A stretch of DNA of 64,000 bases from Eledone cirrhosa (lineage: Eukaryota): contig OZ024745.1 in assembly GCA_964016885.1 (NCBI GenBank), positions 83,514,001-83,578,000 on the forward strand, in the 5' to 3' direction. A program made the position numbers and the translations under genes. Position 1 is the first letter of the stretch; every line of letters begins with the position of its first letter. The notes under the pieces are model-generated. The model had not been told where the DNA came from. It ran no database searches and worked only from the letters and a program-made list of their open reading frames with translations. Of this stretch, positions 25,948-40,543 are shown piece after piece.

Positions 25948-26992
25948 TTATTTATCATTCAAAATACTTATATATGACACGTATTTCAGAGAGATGCTCG
26001 TTGTTTTCTAGTCGTCATTAATCTGATATGATTACAATATATGTTTTATATCCTGCAATTTTTTTCTCATTTATGTGAAGAAAATAAAAAGAAACTTCTT
26101 AACACATATAAAAAGATAATTCACTACTTGTCATTTATTTGTAACATGATATTTCAGTCAACATATTTATTAAAATAAACTGTTTCTGTAGGTCACATGG
26201 TTGGATATATATATTATTGAATCTGATAGATGCTCACTATTTATCTATTGTAAAATTGTAATACAATAGTTAGAAGTGTTTCCAACATCCTCATGTATGA
26301 GTGCAACTGTCTGGTTTAATGAAAATTTGTGGATTGTTTTGTTATTCCATATCTGAGAATTATTTAAAATCCGAGAAGAATTCCCTGCATTTCCTGTATT
26401 TAACAAGGTTCGTCAAACTATATTACGGGCAGTAAATTTGTAGATTGTTGCCTTGGAAAGAATAATATTAGTCGTACGATTCGGTAGTGAATATGCTGTT
26501 GGCACGAAATGGGTAAGACATTTTTTTCCACGGAATATATACTTATATATATATACACACACGCAATTCCTCGTACGCCCACTCAAAATTATATACGTAC
26601 AGCAATTGCAACAGATTTAGCAACGATAACATTAATAACTGTGGGATAGTTTTAAGGTCATAACTTCGGTAAATTCAGTATTTACAATTTTGTCTAATGC
26701 ATTGGCAAATAGACTGCCGTTTCTCGTCGGTTGTCTGGTCGGAGAATCACAAATTAATTGACTCTATGTGATACAACACAGAGAGAGCGGGTCAGAAACA
26801 CAGCTTAGGTCGTGTTTTGATCAATTTAGAACTGTCAAAAGTATTCGATATTACCAACCATCGCTACTTGGCGGCTGTACTCGAAGTGGTAGATTTCAGT
26901 CCCATTTTTAGAGGATAGGTCACTTCAATGTTCACTCCAATCCTATCAGTCGTCATATTGAACGGTCACCTCGGGGCACTTTTAAATATTAC

Positions 26993-27445
26993 GTGCTCCG
27001 CCCATTAGCGGTTTCCTCTTTCAACGTTTCTATATACGTGCTGACACTCGAGTTATATCGAAGGAAGCAGTTGAAGGGACGAGTTATTGCGAAAAGAGTG
27101 TCAGAGTACACACACCACCTTTCCGTATTTGTGACGGTTAAAATGGAAGTGGAAATTGTCGCCACCATTCTAAAGGGATTAAGAGGTAGCATCCAGTGTG
27201 AGGATCAGGTCAGACAAATTGGTTGGTTTGTGGCTCGGCAACTGGAAAGTGATTGCGGACTGCGTTTTGAGACGCTGAACTGATAGACCCTTTAAACTTC
27301 TTGGGGCTTGGTTCGGCTCAGACCACCAGGTAGGTGGACAGGAATTTGGGCTGAGAGGAAGCTGTCACTGAACCGTTTGGCAGAAGTGGCAAAGCCCTAC
27401 ATAGCTGCTGACATTCCTTACCACCTTACGGATGTGCCCTTGTCT
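26993..27445 (+). mobile_element. Old fragment of L1/Tx1-type RT, related to the element at 46193-52020
   Basis: SIYVLTLELYRRK, VSEYTHHLSVFV and WAERKLSLNRLAEVAKPYIAADIPYHLTDVP align by eye to SLLYALTLEPLLRK, VSAYADDITVMV and WAGRKLSLKGRAEVANAYIASVIYYRLTVVP. Confidence 0.75.
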
Positions 27446-28017
27446 TCGTCTAACCATATAGTAACGTCAACTATTCCACTTCTTGTGGAAGAGATGTGCA
27501 CCATTGGTTAACAGGTCCTGTTAACACCTCTGTAAGGAGTAATAGGAATGCCATAGTTGCTGATTTACAGGAATACACTAAGGATTCGTGACTTGCAGAG
27601 ATTATGTGACGGTGGCATTGCAATATAATCTTGATTGATACTGTAAAACCGTAAAATTCTCAAGTTTCAATTATTTGCCATATTCTATTTTCGGCGTTTA
27701 TCATGATGTCTGTAAAAGATTTTATTACAAAGATTCAATATTTTGATAATAATCAAAACCATTTTAGCCTATATTCACTTATACATCATATGAGTATATA
27801 CTTAAACTAGTGAATATTCTGCGGGAGGTTTAAGTAGGTAGAAATATCTCGTATATTTTAAAATTTTCTCTCCTTGTATTGCAATTTTCATTGTTTCTAT
27901 GACGTTATATTTGAAGTATAAGTTGTTCTGTTACTTTCTCAGATTACTTGCTATTTCATTTTCATATTAAATGAGGTTTCTTTATTTAGATAAGCACACA
28001 CACACACACACACACAC

Positions 28018-28077
<60 letters not shown>

Positions 28078-28090
28078 ATGTGTGCTTATA

Positions 28091-28129
<39 letters not shown>

Positions 28130-28135
28130 GCATGC

Positions 28136-28223
<88 letters not shown>

Positions 28224-30139
28224 CAAAATCAATTATCTAACTTCCCTGGTATTTGGTGAAATGTATTCATGTTTTGTGAAGGATACATATGAAGGAGGAG
28301 ATATATATGATTTTTTTTAGGAGGTCACGTGTGTGACGAAAGAGTTTTGCCGAAAGAACAAAGATAAATTGAAAGTTATATGGTGTGTGTATTCTTTTAC
28401 ATATGTTTCATTCAAATATAGAAGTGGGTAGCATTTATTTCCCCCGTAGAGAAATCGTCAGAATCACTAGATAATATAAAAAATATATTCATTTACCGAC
28501 AATATCTTATCAGGACTATCTTATATATATACACGCACAAACACTAGCACGTTCCAGGAAAAGCCTACCGCATATGATTCAGAATACAATATGCATATAC
28601 TTATGTGTATATAGCTATATTGGAGCGAACGCCTTAATTCTATTTCTTTTTCAGGGTGAGCCAGCTTACAGATCCGTATGCAAATGAGGCTAATCAGCCC
28701 ATATACATAGGCGTCAAAACCATGTTTGCACCTTATTTTGAGTTCTAGCAGAAATCGAGTTAAAGGAGTATATTCCCTTGATATCGACCATAAGTTAAAA
28801 ACGGCCGTCGGTAATTTGTCCCTTGTTTCTGATGGGACTCGCTATTTAGTGCTCTACCATCAGGTTTCAAAATTCATATCGATCGAAAGGCTTTGAAATG
28901 TTTATTCGAATAAATACCCTACATTATTCGATATACAAAATATACACACATACCCTCCATATATATACTACATATGTGTGTGTGTGTGCGTATGTGCGTG
29001 TGTGTGTGTGTGTGTGTATGTGTGTGTGTGTGTTTGTGAATGTGTAAGTATATATATATATATATATATATATATTACAGATGATTGTAAAAGGTATAAA
29101 AGCATTCAGTTGTGGGCGTGCGCTGTCAATCGTTTTTATTTGTCAAGCCGTTGGCTTCACTTGTTTGATGAAGATAGCCGTTAATATTCTCTCGTTTAGT
29201 AGGCTTGGTTGATTTGGTTACTACTAACATACTACGTCATCTGGAATGTTTGAAAAGAAATTTGTTTTCCTCTCTACATAGGAAACATGTGATTGTTTCA
29301 ATCTATACTACAACCTTTCGCTTGTCATCAGGTGCGAAGACTAAGAAAGCATCAGATTTCATGTTTGCAATCTTATGTGATACAACGAACACTTTAATAA
29401 ACGGCACCCATCTGTTTGTGATTTGACTCTGACGTTTCATATATTTTTGAAGCAGTTACACGAGGTTAGCACTATTCCTTATTGTCCAATGTATAAATTT
29501 TTCTTTGTATTTTTCTACTTTAGTTTCCAAATATGCTTTGACAAACATGTTGCGTTTCATATATATAAGTTGGCTTAACCCTTTAGCATTCACATTACTC
29601 TCTATATACTATTATATTTTCATGTTAAAGGCTTTACCTCGCATAATTATCTCACATAATATCGAATCTATGAGATTTTGAAAGTATTTATTTTGAGAAC
29701 AATACCTTAACATAAGTTTGAGCCACCATTTACAGCCAATTTCAACAGAAAGAGGTAGAGAATTCTGGCCGGTTTTGGCCGGTTTGAACATTAATGGGTT
29801 AAGATATCATGCTATCTCTATCATGTTTAGGATATTCTACTCGGTGCTCCAATGCAGCCTTTCAATTACGACTTCTTTTTGTTTCAGTAAAATCTATATT
29901 TTGTTTATATGTTTTGATTTATTTGGTATGTGTACTGTCAAGGTCTGGAGGATATGCTATTACGTTTTTGTACAGTTTTAGCTAACACTTTTATTATTCT
30001 CTCTTCTTTTTTCTCTCTCTCCCTGCCTCCGTATATAGAAATATGTATGCATTAAAGAGTTTTTGTTCATGTCTAACTATGGAATGTATATACATACATA
30101 AATATATATATATACACTCACAAACACACACATATATAC

Positions 30140-30650
30140 ATATGTAGCTGGGTCAAGGTGGGATCATCATGCTTGGAACAGATGAAGGGTAGTAAATTAT
30201 ATGAAGTTTCTGTATGAATTATAATCTGTTGTAGTGGGACTAAAGTATTAAAGTCAGATGATATGCAAAGTTCAGCAAAAGATGGGGCTTTGAGGTTCCG
30301 TTGGGTGTGAAGTGTTAATGTACATGAATGACGAAGTAAAGAGGATTTGAATGTACAACTGAGCATAAATGGAATTATGTGAAATTAATATGAATGGAGA
30401 TTGCACTTGTATGGACAATTGATGCGTATGGGTAGTGATCATTGGCTGAAAGAATGCTTCAATTCTCATTGCAAAATATCTGATGAAAAGAAAGACTTTG
30501 GCAGAGGTGGTTCTAGCCGATCTTGGGTGCTAAATTTCATATAAGCGATGAAGAAGGAATACAACAGATTGGGTGGTGGGGGGGGGGGGGGGGGGGGGGC
30601 TACGCTGGAGATGAATGGGCGTACAAATGCAAACTTGAATAAACCGACGT
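30140..30650 (+). mobile_element. Highly degenerate RTE-type LINE 3' fragment
   Basis: Translates WRLHLYGQLMRMGSDHWLKEC, matching the RLRWYGHVxRM motif of RTE-clade C-termini; many stops. Confidence 0.5.
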
Positions 30651-31037
30651 AAATTTCATTAGGAGGATGATGTTAAGGATGATGATGTGTCGTTTATATC
30701 CATTTATGTTGTCAAATTAACTAACAAGCTAATGAGGAAGTTATTAGATGGTCGTTTAACCTGCTGGATATAGTAGCAAGATGTTCACATCACGCCCTTA
30801 CAATAAAGAAAACATTGAATAATATAGCCCTAGATACATTAAGCGTGAGGGCAAGATGGTAGTGGCTTTAACGAATTTAACCCTAGGTTTGCTTAACCAG
30901 TGATGCTGCGGCAGCTAAACAATGATAACCCCCTACCTTGTTGCTATTAATTCTTCCTTTCTAACATTAATATCTTTCCCTTTCCCTTTCTATTTCTCTC
31001 TCATAATCCGTATTTATATCTGATTTCTAAAATTACA

Positions 31038-31101
<64 letters not shown>

Positions 31102-31821
31102 CTCTCTCTCTATCTACACTTTCTATCTCCCTCTTTCTCTCTTCCTCTTTCTCTCTCCCTCTTTCTCTCTCTTTCTCTCCCTCCCTCTCTCTCTCTCTTC
31201 CCCCTCTCTCTCTTTCTCCCACCTCTCTCTCTTTCTGTTTTATAATCCTTATTTATACCTCATTTCTTCACCTTTTTAATTTCTTACTTTCTCTTTGAAT
31301 ATTGATCACTTTTCCAATCTTATATAATTGTGTCTTGTTTAACATATTTTAATATTTTCCAAACAATGTGTTGCTATTACTTTTTTGTTCACTCATCTGC
31401 TGTTGTATGATTTCCCACTTTAGTTCTAAGTCTTCTCCATTTTCAGTATATATTTCACAAAAGTTATAAAAAGATTAAATGCAATCGCATAGAATAATGT
31501 TAAATTTGTTCATATTCACACTCATACTAATTTATTTTGTTTGTTTCTAAATTATCTCATATCCTGACATCTCAAATTCAAAGTCGCTTTCTTCATGCAA
31601 CAGTATTTTGCTTATTTATGGTGAGCACTCACATGATGTTAAAGCTTATCAAATTTACTTTATTGTTCACATCGAAGTATCTGTTCTTTCGTCATCAGTT
31701 CTTTGTTATATATTTATTCTTCAGAAATAATAGAGTTGTTGATATCAAGTTGTGTTGGACAAAACTAAATCCGAGAATAATTCACAAATTCCAATTTCTC
31801 TTTTGTTTCTTTCTTTGACAG

Positions 31822-31981
31822 ATGCAATATTTTGTTCGAATAGCATTAGATATTTAACAGTACGGTAATGTCATCACGTGAAGACACAAGGATTAGTGTC
31901 TTGGGAATTCGGCTTAGGAACGTAAAGTCATTAGTCCGAATCCCGTTGCTCCAGTTCACCCAGGTGTCGATATCTCCTGAT
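31822..31981 (+). other. Candidate non-coding internal exon
   Basis: Strong pyrimidine tract TTTCTCTTTTGTTTCTTTCTTTGACAG| and donor |GTAAGG; 160 nt. Confidence 0.3.
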
Positions 31982-33399
31982 GTAAGGTTAAGATTACGAT
32001 TCAAAGCCATTTACCCTCACTGACAATATTAATGGTCTTGAGATACCATATACAAAATATAATAATATAATAATTAGTTTAGTCAAAACAGCGCCATAAC
32101 TTGCCAGAAGAAATTGAGCGTTAAAATAAATATTTTACTGTATTGTTTTAATTTAAAATGCAGCTAATGTAAACTAAGTTACTGATCTTTTCAGCAGCGC
32201 ATGATATGTACCAGTAAAATACTGGTGGTTTCATTTGAGATGACTTTATGAATCGTAGTAAATTTACAAATATATTTTCTTATCGAGCTTTTTTTCGTTC
32301 TTAGTGAGTTGACAGGAAAAAGGACTAATGGAGCCACGTCGTAAATTATCCTTTTATATCCCCTTCACCGTATCCTATTAAGAAAGAGAGAGTGGGGGGA
32401 GGTGAGAGATAGGGGATACACAGGGGGCGGGGGAGGTATGTGGTGATAGAGAAAACACGATCCCCGTATTTGACTCGTAATATACTACTTGTACCGCTAC
32501 ATGAATGTACTTCCTGATATAAGTTCAAATTCAGAAAGCATTAACGTCATACGCACTGCAATTACCAGTCCACATACTTGTTGTCTCTTCTCATTGCATG
32601 CAATACGTCGTCTAGAATGCCCCCTCCACTTAAGAACACTCGAATCATTCGTCTCTCCTCATCTCATTACCCGTATGATATACACACAAGTCCCGCACTA
32701 AGCGTTACAATTAGTCTTTTCTTCCCAGAATCAGCCATCTCAAATTATTTCCCAGCACATAACTTTTCGGCACTTGTTATCAATAATCGCATCGGTCGCC
32801 CAGCGTCTGCGAAAGCTGTGAGCACATCACTCTCCTCCAGACCAAATGAAATTGTCTACACCAAGAAAAGTATAATCTGTACTGTCAGTTATCTCCAGAA
32901 AAATCAAAACCTGTTGGTTTTGAAATGCTTTATAAAATGTTAAATGTTTATGAATATTCTATAGAGTAAGCCGTAGGTATAATGATTAGAAATATATTTA
33001 TTGCGAATGCAAAGAAATGTTTCACAGGAAAGTATGAAATATTAATTCATGAATATTTTTCTATGGTTCTTCAATTTTTTTTTTTTTTTTAATATTTAGA
33101 AATAACAATTATGGATCGTTGATTTGCCAAAATAATGAAAGGAAACGTTTGGGTGCGAATTGTAATGATTGACAGTGAAGGAATACATTGGATATGTAAT
33201 ACTAAAGTATTTAGGTTCGGCTCATTTACGATCTGAGAAGTCAAAATAATGTCAACAATTTCCGGTTCGAAAATATAATATAACTTTGTGCCTGAATAAT
33301 TAATAAATATTAAAGATGTCTGCTTGGTAATTGTCGCTCAAAGTGCTCCACATATCAAGCTTACCTGTTATTAAATTTGTAATATTCGCATCGGTGAGG

Positions 33400-33600
33400 A
33401 CGGTGTAGTATCAGTAGATCGTTGGACAACTTGCTTTTTAGCTTATAGTTACGTCCCTTTACGTTCGGAGTTCAAATCCCACCGATATTAATTTTGTTTT
33501 TCATCCTTACGGAATTGCCAAAGAAGAAATAACGCACTGTGGTCGATTTAATGGACTTTCCATGTCTTTCAAATTGCTTGTCTTGTGCATAAACCAGAAA
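33400..33600 (+). mobile_element. SINE family 1, diverged
   Basis: GAGTTCAAATCCC and TTTCATCCTTACGG retained. Confidence 0.7.
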
Positions 33601-34119
33601 TTATATTCGCGTCAGTAATGCAATTGTGAAAGACACTGATGCCACATTTACAATTATTTAATTTCAATCTTCATCGCTGTTGTCATATATTATAAAATAT
33701 TTTATATAGTATAGTCTTGTGAATGAGAATACTTTCGGATGTTTAAGATAAAGAAAATAGGTGTTGAATAATGAACTTATACGTGAAATCTGTGCTAAAA
33801 AACAACAACTCACAAACATACTTCAGAACATCATCCCAGTCTCAACCTCCGCATTTCAAAAATTTAAATTAGATTTAAAGTCAATTGTTTTTAATTAAAC
33901 AATATCCTAGCCCAGGTCATTTAATTGCAAATGTAATAAACAATACATATTTATTTGATAAATAGATTGTAAACCTACTGTTTAATATGTTATGATGAGA
34001 AACTATTTATGACAGAAATACTGAAGATGAAAGTGACTTGTCCTAATCAAATTAATTCTAACTGATGTTTTTCCAATAATTTCTTTATTCTGTTCTCATT
34101 ATTATTATTATCATTACAT

Positions 34120-34310
34120 AGGGCGGTGTATTGATAGTATCGGTAGAACGTCAGACACCATGCTTTGTAGCATTGAGTTATGGCCCTTTTCGTTCTGAGT
34201 TCAAATCCCGCCAAGGTTAACCTTGCTTTTCATCCTTACGGGGTCGATAAATTAAAACACCAGTAATGCACTGGGGTAATTGCTGGCCTTGTGCCAAAAG
34301 TAGAAACATT
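34120..34310 (+). mobile_element. SINE family 1
   Basis: Full-length copy with A/B boxes and core. Confidence 0.88.
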
Positions 34311-35771
34311 TTTTTTCTAAATAAATAAATATTACTTATTTTCAATTGCACTAACCATTTTCTTTCGTAGGGAGTTATATTATTGGCAGTATAGAAATTA
34401 TATGTAACTCGGACTTTATCTGACGAAGCTCGAGCGGCATGGGCTGAACGGCCGAATAGTTGGATGGTAGATAATACTTCCCCATCAACTCACTCTGTTT
34501 GCTAACAAATATTTCAGTTCGCAACAGTCGGCGAATTGGCAGAATCGTTAAAATGTCGGATAAAATGCTTTGCGGTATTCGTTTTGACTCTCTACTTTCT
34601 GAATTCAAATTCCACTGATGTCAACTTTGGCATTGCAGGTCGATAAAAAAAGTACTAATTTAGTACGGGGGCTCAATCTTACTCTATATCTCTTTCTCAT
34701 ATCCATTCTCTCACTCCTCCCTCATTCTCTGGAAGAAACCTGCTGTATTCAGACCTGGAGAGAAGATGGTATCCATCAAGTTTAAAAATGCCTTAGAAAC
34801 ACCGTATGTCGATACGACGGTGCCCCTGCGACTCACTCAGGAGTTGCAGGACCATGCATGAATGCATGTACTTCAATTTGGAATGGCTTATTTTTAGAAA
34901 ATATGTTCATGGATTGCAATATGGATTCTAAAATTTTGTGTATTCTTTTTGTTCACAGAGCAATCATTTTACTCATTTTCTTAATGTCTCTATGCAAAAA
35001 TGATGATCGGGGAAGTAGAATTGCTTAGTAGTACTGTGATGATCAAATTCCAAAAGTTTTACTATTCACAAGGCTTAGGGAAAGTGAGTTGTTATATGTT
35101 AGGGAAAGTGAGCCGTTAAGTGAACTAGCTCTACGATTATCACGTGATACCTGTATGTGACATTAATACTATATACAAGGGAAACTAGTCGTCAGAAATA
35201 GTAGGGAGTTGTATAAAAAAATATATTTGCGATTTTAAACGCCAATATTCATCACACAATTGTGAACAACATTTTTCCCACTAATGTATTCAATGAATTT
35301 GAAATTTCACGATTCTATACACATTTTCATCTTTTTCTTTTTTTTTTACTATTTAATATCTAGCTGATAATGTACGTATAAGACCTTATATCTTACAGGA
35401 AGATGAAGAAAATACTTAAATTTTACGTTTATTTCATTTCGAAAGCATTGACAATGTTAATTAACTAAGGTGCACCAGTCAAGAAACTGGCGAAATGTTG
35501 CCGATATTAATATTGATAATTTCTGTTATGGTTTCATTCCCATGAGAAATTATATTTAGAAATGATTGGTTTGCAAGTGATTGGTTTACATTGAATGCAG
35601 ACTTTACATATCTACTAAGAAATAAATTATGTAAGATATGAAATATCGATTTCTATCCAGCCAATGGATTGCTAAATTATGTAGAGCGTCGGACACTGTT
35701 CTACTGTTATTGTGTGGTACGTAATGACGCCTCTTGTCGTTCTCAGTTTCAATTGGCCATGTATTCTGAAA

Positions 35772-35856
35772 AATAATTGTTTCTACTTTTGGCACAAGGC
35801 CAGTAATTACCCAGTGCATTACTGGTACTTTATTTTATCGACCCCGTAAGGATGAA
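35772..35856 (-). mobile_element. SINE family 1, 3' half
   Basis: Reverse complement of core and 3' end. Confidence 0.82.
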
Positions 35857-37014
35857 AAATAATGATATCTCAGTTTTGATCTCAATGCATGGCATGTTGG
35901 GGAAGTATTTTCATCATAACCATCTATTGACCAAAGCCTTGTGAGTGAAATTAGGTTTTATTAGGCATGTCATGTGCGGTGTCACATGCGGTGTCACAAT
36001 ATCTACCTGAGAATTACGTGTCAGTGGAACATTCAAACGCACCTTAATCCCTGACTTGGCTGCTCAGTTAATCAAATGCCTGAATAGTGATCATCCAAAT
36101 CGGGGAAGTTGGGTCAATAATTTGGATAAATTCACATCAGCAATATGCTGCTCTGGTACATTCATTCATCTATATTTTAAATTAACAGATCTCTTCAAAT
36201 TACAATTCCTGTTGTTTTCTTGTTGCTGCTGCAGATAATGTTGTTGTTTATATTGAGGTTAAAACTATTGGAGTAGACCTATGAATAAATCCATTCCAGC
36301 TGTGACTATCATTTTACATTATATGTGAGAGTATTTTATCCATTGTGTATTTCCTTATTTAGGTTGGTGGGGAGATTTTGTTAATATTTCAACACGACCG
36401 ATCAATCCCGTTGCGGCCGCCACTTCAGTTTATTTTTCAGTACAACCGAATATGTGTAATATCATCAATTCTTGCTTTAACTATTTCACTTCACTTACTC
36501 GTGGTATATACAATTTCCTCTTGTTATCACATAATAAATGGTGACGACAAAACATTCCAACCTGATCGCACGGTCAATTTAAAGAGTATAGCCCATTTCC
36601 ACCTCCACACGATTTCATTATCAATGATTTTATTCTAGCAACTTAATAGTTAATTTTTAATCAGTTCCTCCTCTCCCCTTTCATTAAACTTCAATCCATT
36701 TGTTTATTATTAGGAGAAATACATACTAAAGGTGACTGTTGAAATTAATTAAATTCAAAAAATTGCAATTAATTAGACATGTAGCATATGCCATTAATGC
36801 TAGAAACTAATATGTACGTTTCTTCATTATTTCTTTCATTATTTCCTAATTACAAATTATAATGATTGTAATTGAAGTCAACAGCAACAGAGAACTACGG
36901 GCAGTCAAATTACAGCACGAGTTTCATTTACTTTCGCAATTTTAAATACTTTCTGTTATAGTAGGAACGATTGAAAGCTTGCTAAAATGATTTCTAATAT
37001 TTGTCTCTTAGCAA

Positions 37015-37205
37015 GTGTGCTGGATTGGCAAAACCGTTTGAGCGCCAGACAAGATTCTCTGCGGTTCGACTCTTTAGGTTCTGAGTTCAGAATCCTGTCG
37101 AGGTCAACTTTGCCTTTTGGGCTCATAATGTAAAACACCAGTCAAGTATTGGGTCGATTTGATCAGCTTTCCCATCACCACAAGTTGCTGTCCTTGTGCC
37201 TAAAT
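37015..37205 (+). mobile_element. Diverged SINE (family 1-related; similar copies at ~8430-8585 and ~34530-34670)
   Basis: GGATTGGCA..GAGTTC..GAGGTCAACTTTGCCTTT..CCTTGTGCCTAAA. Confidence 0.65.
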
Positions 37206-37739
37206 TTATAATTAATATTTGTCTCTCATTAGAATCAGTATAGTAACGGTAAATCTGGTTTGCAGTATTCCTTAAAGCCTATTGAAATACTAAGGCCGTA
37301 AGCTCGATTTAATGTTTCTCCCCACTCATTGTAGACACTATATAGTGTTACTTGCTTCTTAATTTTATGGCTTAGTTTTCGGTGGAAAGGCAACACGTCT
37401 GATCATTTATAGGGCATATGAAACTGTTAAGATGAATTTACCCTCACATCGGGAACTTAGTCAGGATGTTTTCGAAACGAGAGACTTAGCCAGAGACCCA
37501 TGGGGGTCATGTGGAAGTATTGCATTTTCAGACGAATTAAATCTACCACGCAAGAAAAGAACACTTTCTCGCGTTTGTCCTATGTGCCACGAATAGAAAT
37601 CGAAATGGAAACCACACGGCTGCGATGGAAATTTCTTATCTAGATCATATAATATTTATTTTCAGCTATTAATGTTCTGAAGTCCTTGAATCGATTTAAA
37701 AAACTCACACTTTTCTTTTTTCCTTAATGTCCCACTCTA

Positions 37740-37940
37740 GGGCGGTCGATTGGCAGTATCGGTAGAGGGTCGGACGCCATACTTTGCAGCATAGAGTTAC
37801 GACCCTTTATGATCTGATTTCAATTGCTGCCGAAGTTAACTTTGTCTTTCAGCCTTACGGGGTCGATAAAATAAAAGTACCAGTCACGCACTGGGTCGAT
37901 TTCACCGACTTTCCCCTCCACCAAAATTGCTGGCCGTGTG
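37740..37940 (+). mobile_element. SINE family 1 (longer 3' variant)
   Basis: GGGCGGTCGATTGGCAGTATCGGTAGAGGG head plus core. Confidence 0.85.
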
Positions 37941-38352
37941 TCTATATAAGAAAGTATTAGTGTCCCACTTGAAAAGAAAATTATCCTTATATTATTTTAT
38001 CTTAAATTCCACTGGAATTATCCCTATCGGCTCGATAAACTCTATTTACAAGATATTTACTAGGCTTGCCATGTACGTGAAATTCGTGTTTTTTGCTAAA
38101 TTCGCAAATGTTTATATAATACCGTTCCATTGTATGCCTCTTACATTTGCATTGCGAGGGAGTAAAAGGAACTCAGCTAGTCAGATGCTCAACATTTTCA
38201 TTCAAATAATGAAAAATTATTATTGCAATCTCTTTAACCAGATGCAAATAATAATTCAGTTATCTTAAAAAGATATCTGATTGTTTGCCAAATTTTGCAG
38301 CAGTTCTGTCTCTGAGTAATTTATACCCGAGAAATTCTACGTCGACTAGTGT

Positions 38353-38538
38353 GTGGATTGGCAGTATCAGTAGAGGGTCAGACGCCATGCTTTCCAGCAT
38401 AGTTACGTCCCTTTACGATCTGAGTTCAAATCCCGCCGAGGTTGACTTCGCCTTTCATCCTTACGGGGTCGATAAAATAAAGTACCAGTAATGCACTGGG
38501 TAATTGCTGGCCTTGTGCCTAAAGTAGAAACAATTATT
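38353..38538 (+). mobile_element. SINE family 1
   Basis: Near-identical to the reverse complement of 3206-3380. Confidence 0.92.
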
Positions 38539-38872
38539 GCATTAAGCTATGAGGAATAAATTTACTAAGAATTTTAAAACAAATTATAACTTAAATATTT
38601 ATCAGAAAAATCAAAATTTATAAAATAGTGTAAGATTAAAGAAATTTGATATTCTTCTACCTAAACGAGAACAATATTTCCTTCGTTTCCTTTCAGATTA
38701 TGATTTCTATCAATGTATTACCACAATAGGGAATGTCAGGCTGATGCAAAGAAGTAAATCTATGCTCAAATATAGAGGTGGAGATGATTGTAGTAAATGG
38801 GACTGAATTTTCACCAAGGATGGAGATGGAGATGAAGAATAAAAAGTCTAATCTCTGGCACATATGTACACG

Positions 38873-39364
38873 TATGTATGTATGTATGTATGTATGTATG
38901 TATGTATGTATGTATGTATGTATGTATGTATGTATGTATGTATGTATGTATGTATGTATGTATGTATGTATGTATGTATGTATGTATGTATGTATGTATG
39001 TATGTATGTATGTATGTATGTATGTATGTATGTATGTATGTATGTATGTATGTATGTATGTATGTATGTATGTATGTATGTATGTATGTATGTATGTATG
39101 TATGTATGTATGTATGTATGTATGTATGTATGTATGTATGTATGTATGTATGTATGTATGTATGTATGTATGTATGTATGTATGTATGTATGTATGTATG
39201 TATGTATGTATGTATGTATGTATGTATGTATGTATGTATGTATGTATGTATGTATGTATGTATGTATGTATGTATGTATGTATGTATGTATGTATGTATG
39301 TATGTATGTATGTATGTATGTATGTATGTATGTATGTATGTATGTATGTATGTATGTATGTATG
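38873..39364. repeat. Perfect (TATG)n tetranucleotide array, ~123 units
   Basis: Uninterrupted 492-bp run. Confidence 0.97.
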
Positions 39365-39368
39365 CATG

Positions 39369-39797
39369 CATGGGAGAGATGACCCCTTAGCCTTTGTCAA
39401 GGCAGAATTCTAGGAGAAGGAAAACTCTGATATAACACCTGCAACCCTGATGGTATCCAATGATGTTGACGTGTTCTTCTTTTTGGTAAATATCATCTTG
39501 GTTAAGAGAGTGAGACTGGCTTTGTGCTGTGCCTTTGCTCACTATAAAAGCTTCACAGCACAGGCATTGCTTTATATCTAGAGATCTCGCTGCACTTGTC
39601 GTCACATGGTACCATGGGCCCAGCACTATGTGTCAATAATTGTCACAAGTGTAGTGTTTGTACCAGAGTTTTCAAGTCGCTGGCTGGACTAAAAAGTCAC
39701 ACTCGTTCAGCGCATCGGTAGGGGTTCTCCTACATGGATATAAAGTAGTGGCCGTACTCGAAAACGAGTTGGCAGCCACCATGTATGCATGTATGTA
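39369..39797 (+). mobile_element. Internally deleted RTE-type element (5'-leader-like part, C-terminal C2H2 finger, 3' UTR, (ATGT)n tail)
   Basis: 39650-39721 translates CSVCTRVFKSLAGLKSHTRSAHR*; 3' hairpin ACTCG aaaa CGAGT then ATGTATGCATGTATGT; 5' part contains CTAGGAGAAGGAAAACTCTGA. Confidence 0.6.
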
Positions 39798-40102
39798 AGA
39801 ATGAGTATTCAATATTGAAGCATGATAATAGCAGGAGCAGGGGTTTGGAGTTATATATACGAGATATGGCAAGTTTCTGAAACTATTTATCGTACTTCTT
39901 TTTTATACTTAAGATTTCGTACATTTTTATTTGCAATCATGTGCCATGGGCACATTTACATATGTTCGAGAAGTGATTGAACAGTCGACTTTTTATTTCG
40001 CATAATGTTCCAACTTTATTATACTCCCTAAGACGGTACAAATATTTAGCAATAGCTGGAGCATAAACGTTCGTGAGTTCAATTCCAGCAAGAATCTCCC
40101 TC

Positions 40103-40179
<77 letters not shown>

Positions 40180-40180
<1 letters not shown>

Positions 40181-40543
40181 CAATGAATTATTTGATGTGT
40201 TGATTATTCAACAAATTTAGTTATTTATTTTATAACAGATTAGAAGCACTCAACAATATTCTTCTGGAGTATAATATCGATAATATTAATAAATGGATGC
40301 TATCATTATAAAACCATATTTATTTTATTTTAAATATTTCAAGGATACCAACATTTTGAGTTCCATTTGAATAGAATAGAATACTATTCAAATAGAACAC
40401 ACAACATTAAGTCCTAGTTTGAATATGTCACTATCTGTAAACCAACTTTTGTATTTTATCTGATGAGAACGTATTAACATTTTGATACCCTTGAAATATA
40501 TATAATAAAATAAATATGTTTTTTTAATGATAGCTTTCATTTA

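Noticed and set aside
29300-29336. CTGATGA-CAAGC-GAAA on the minus strand
   Set aside because: Stems I, II and III do not pair; likely chance.
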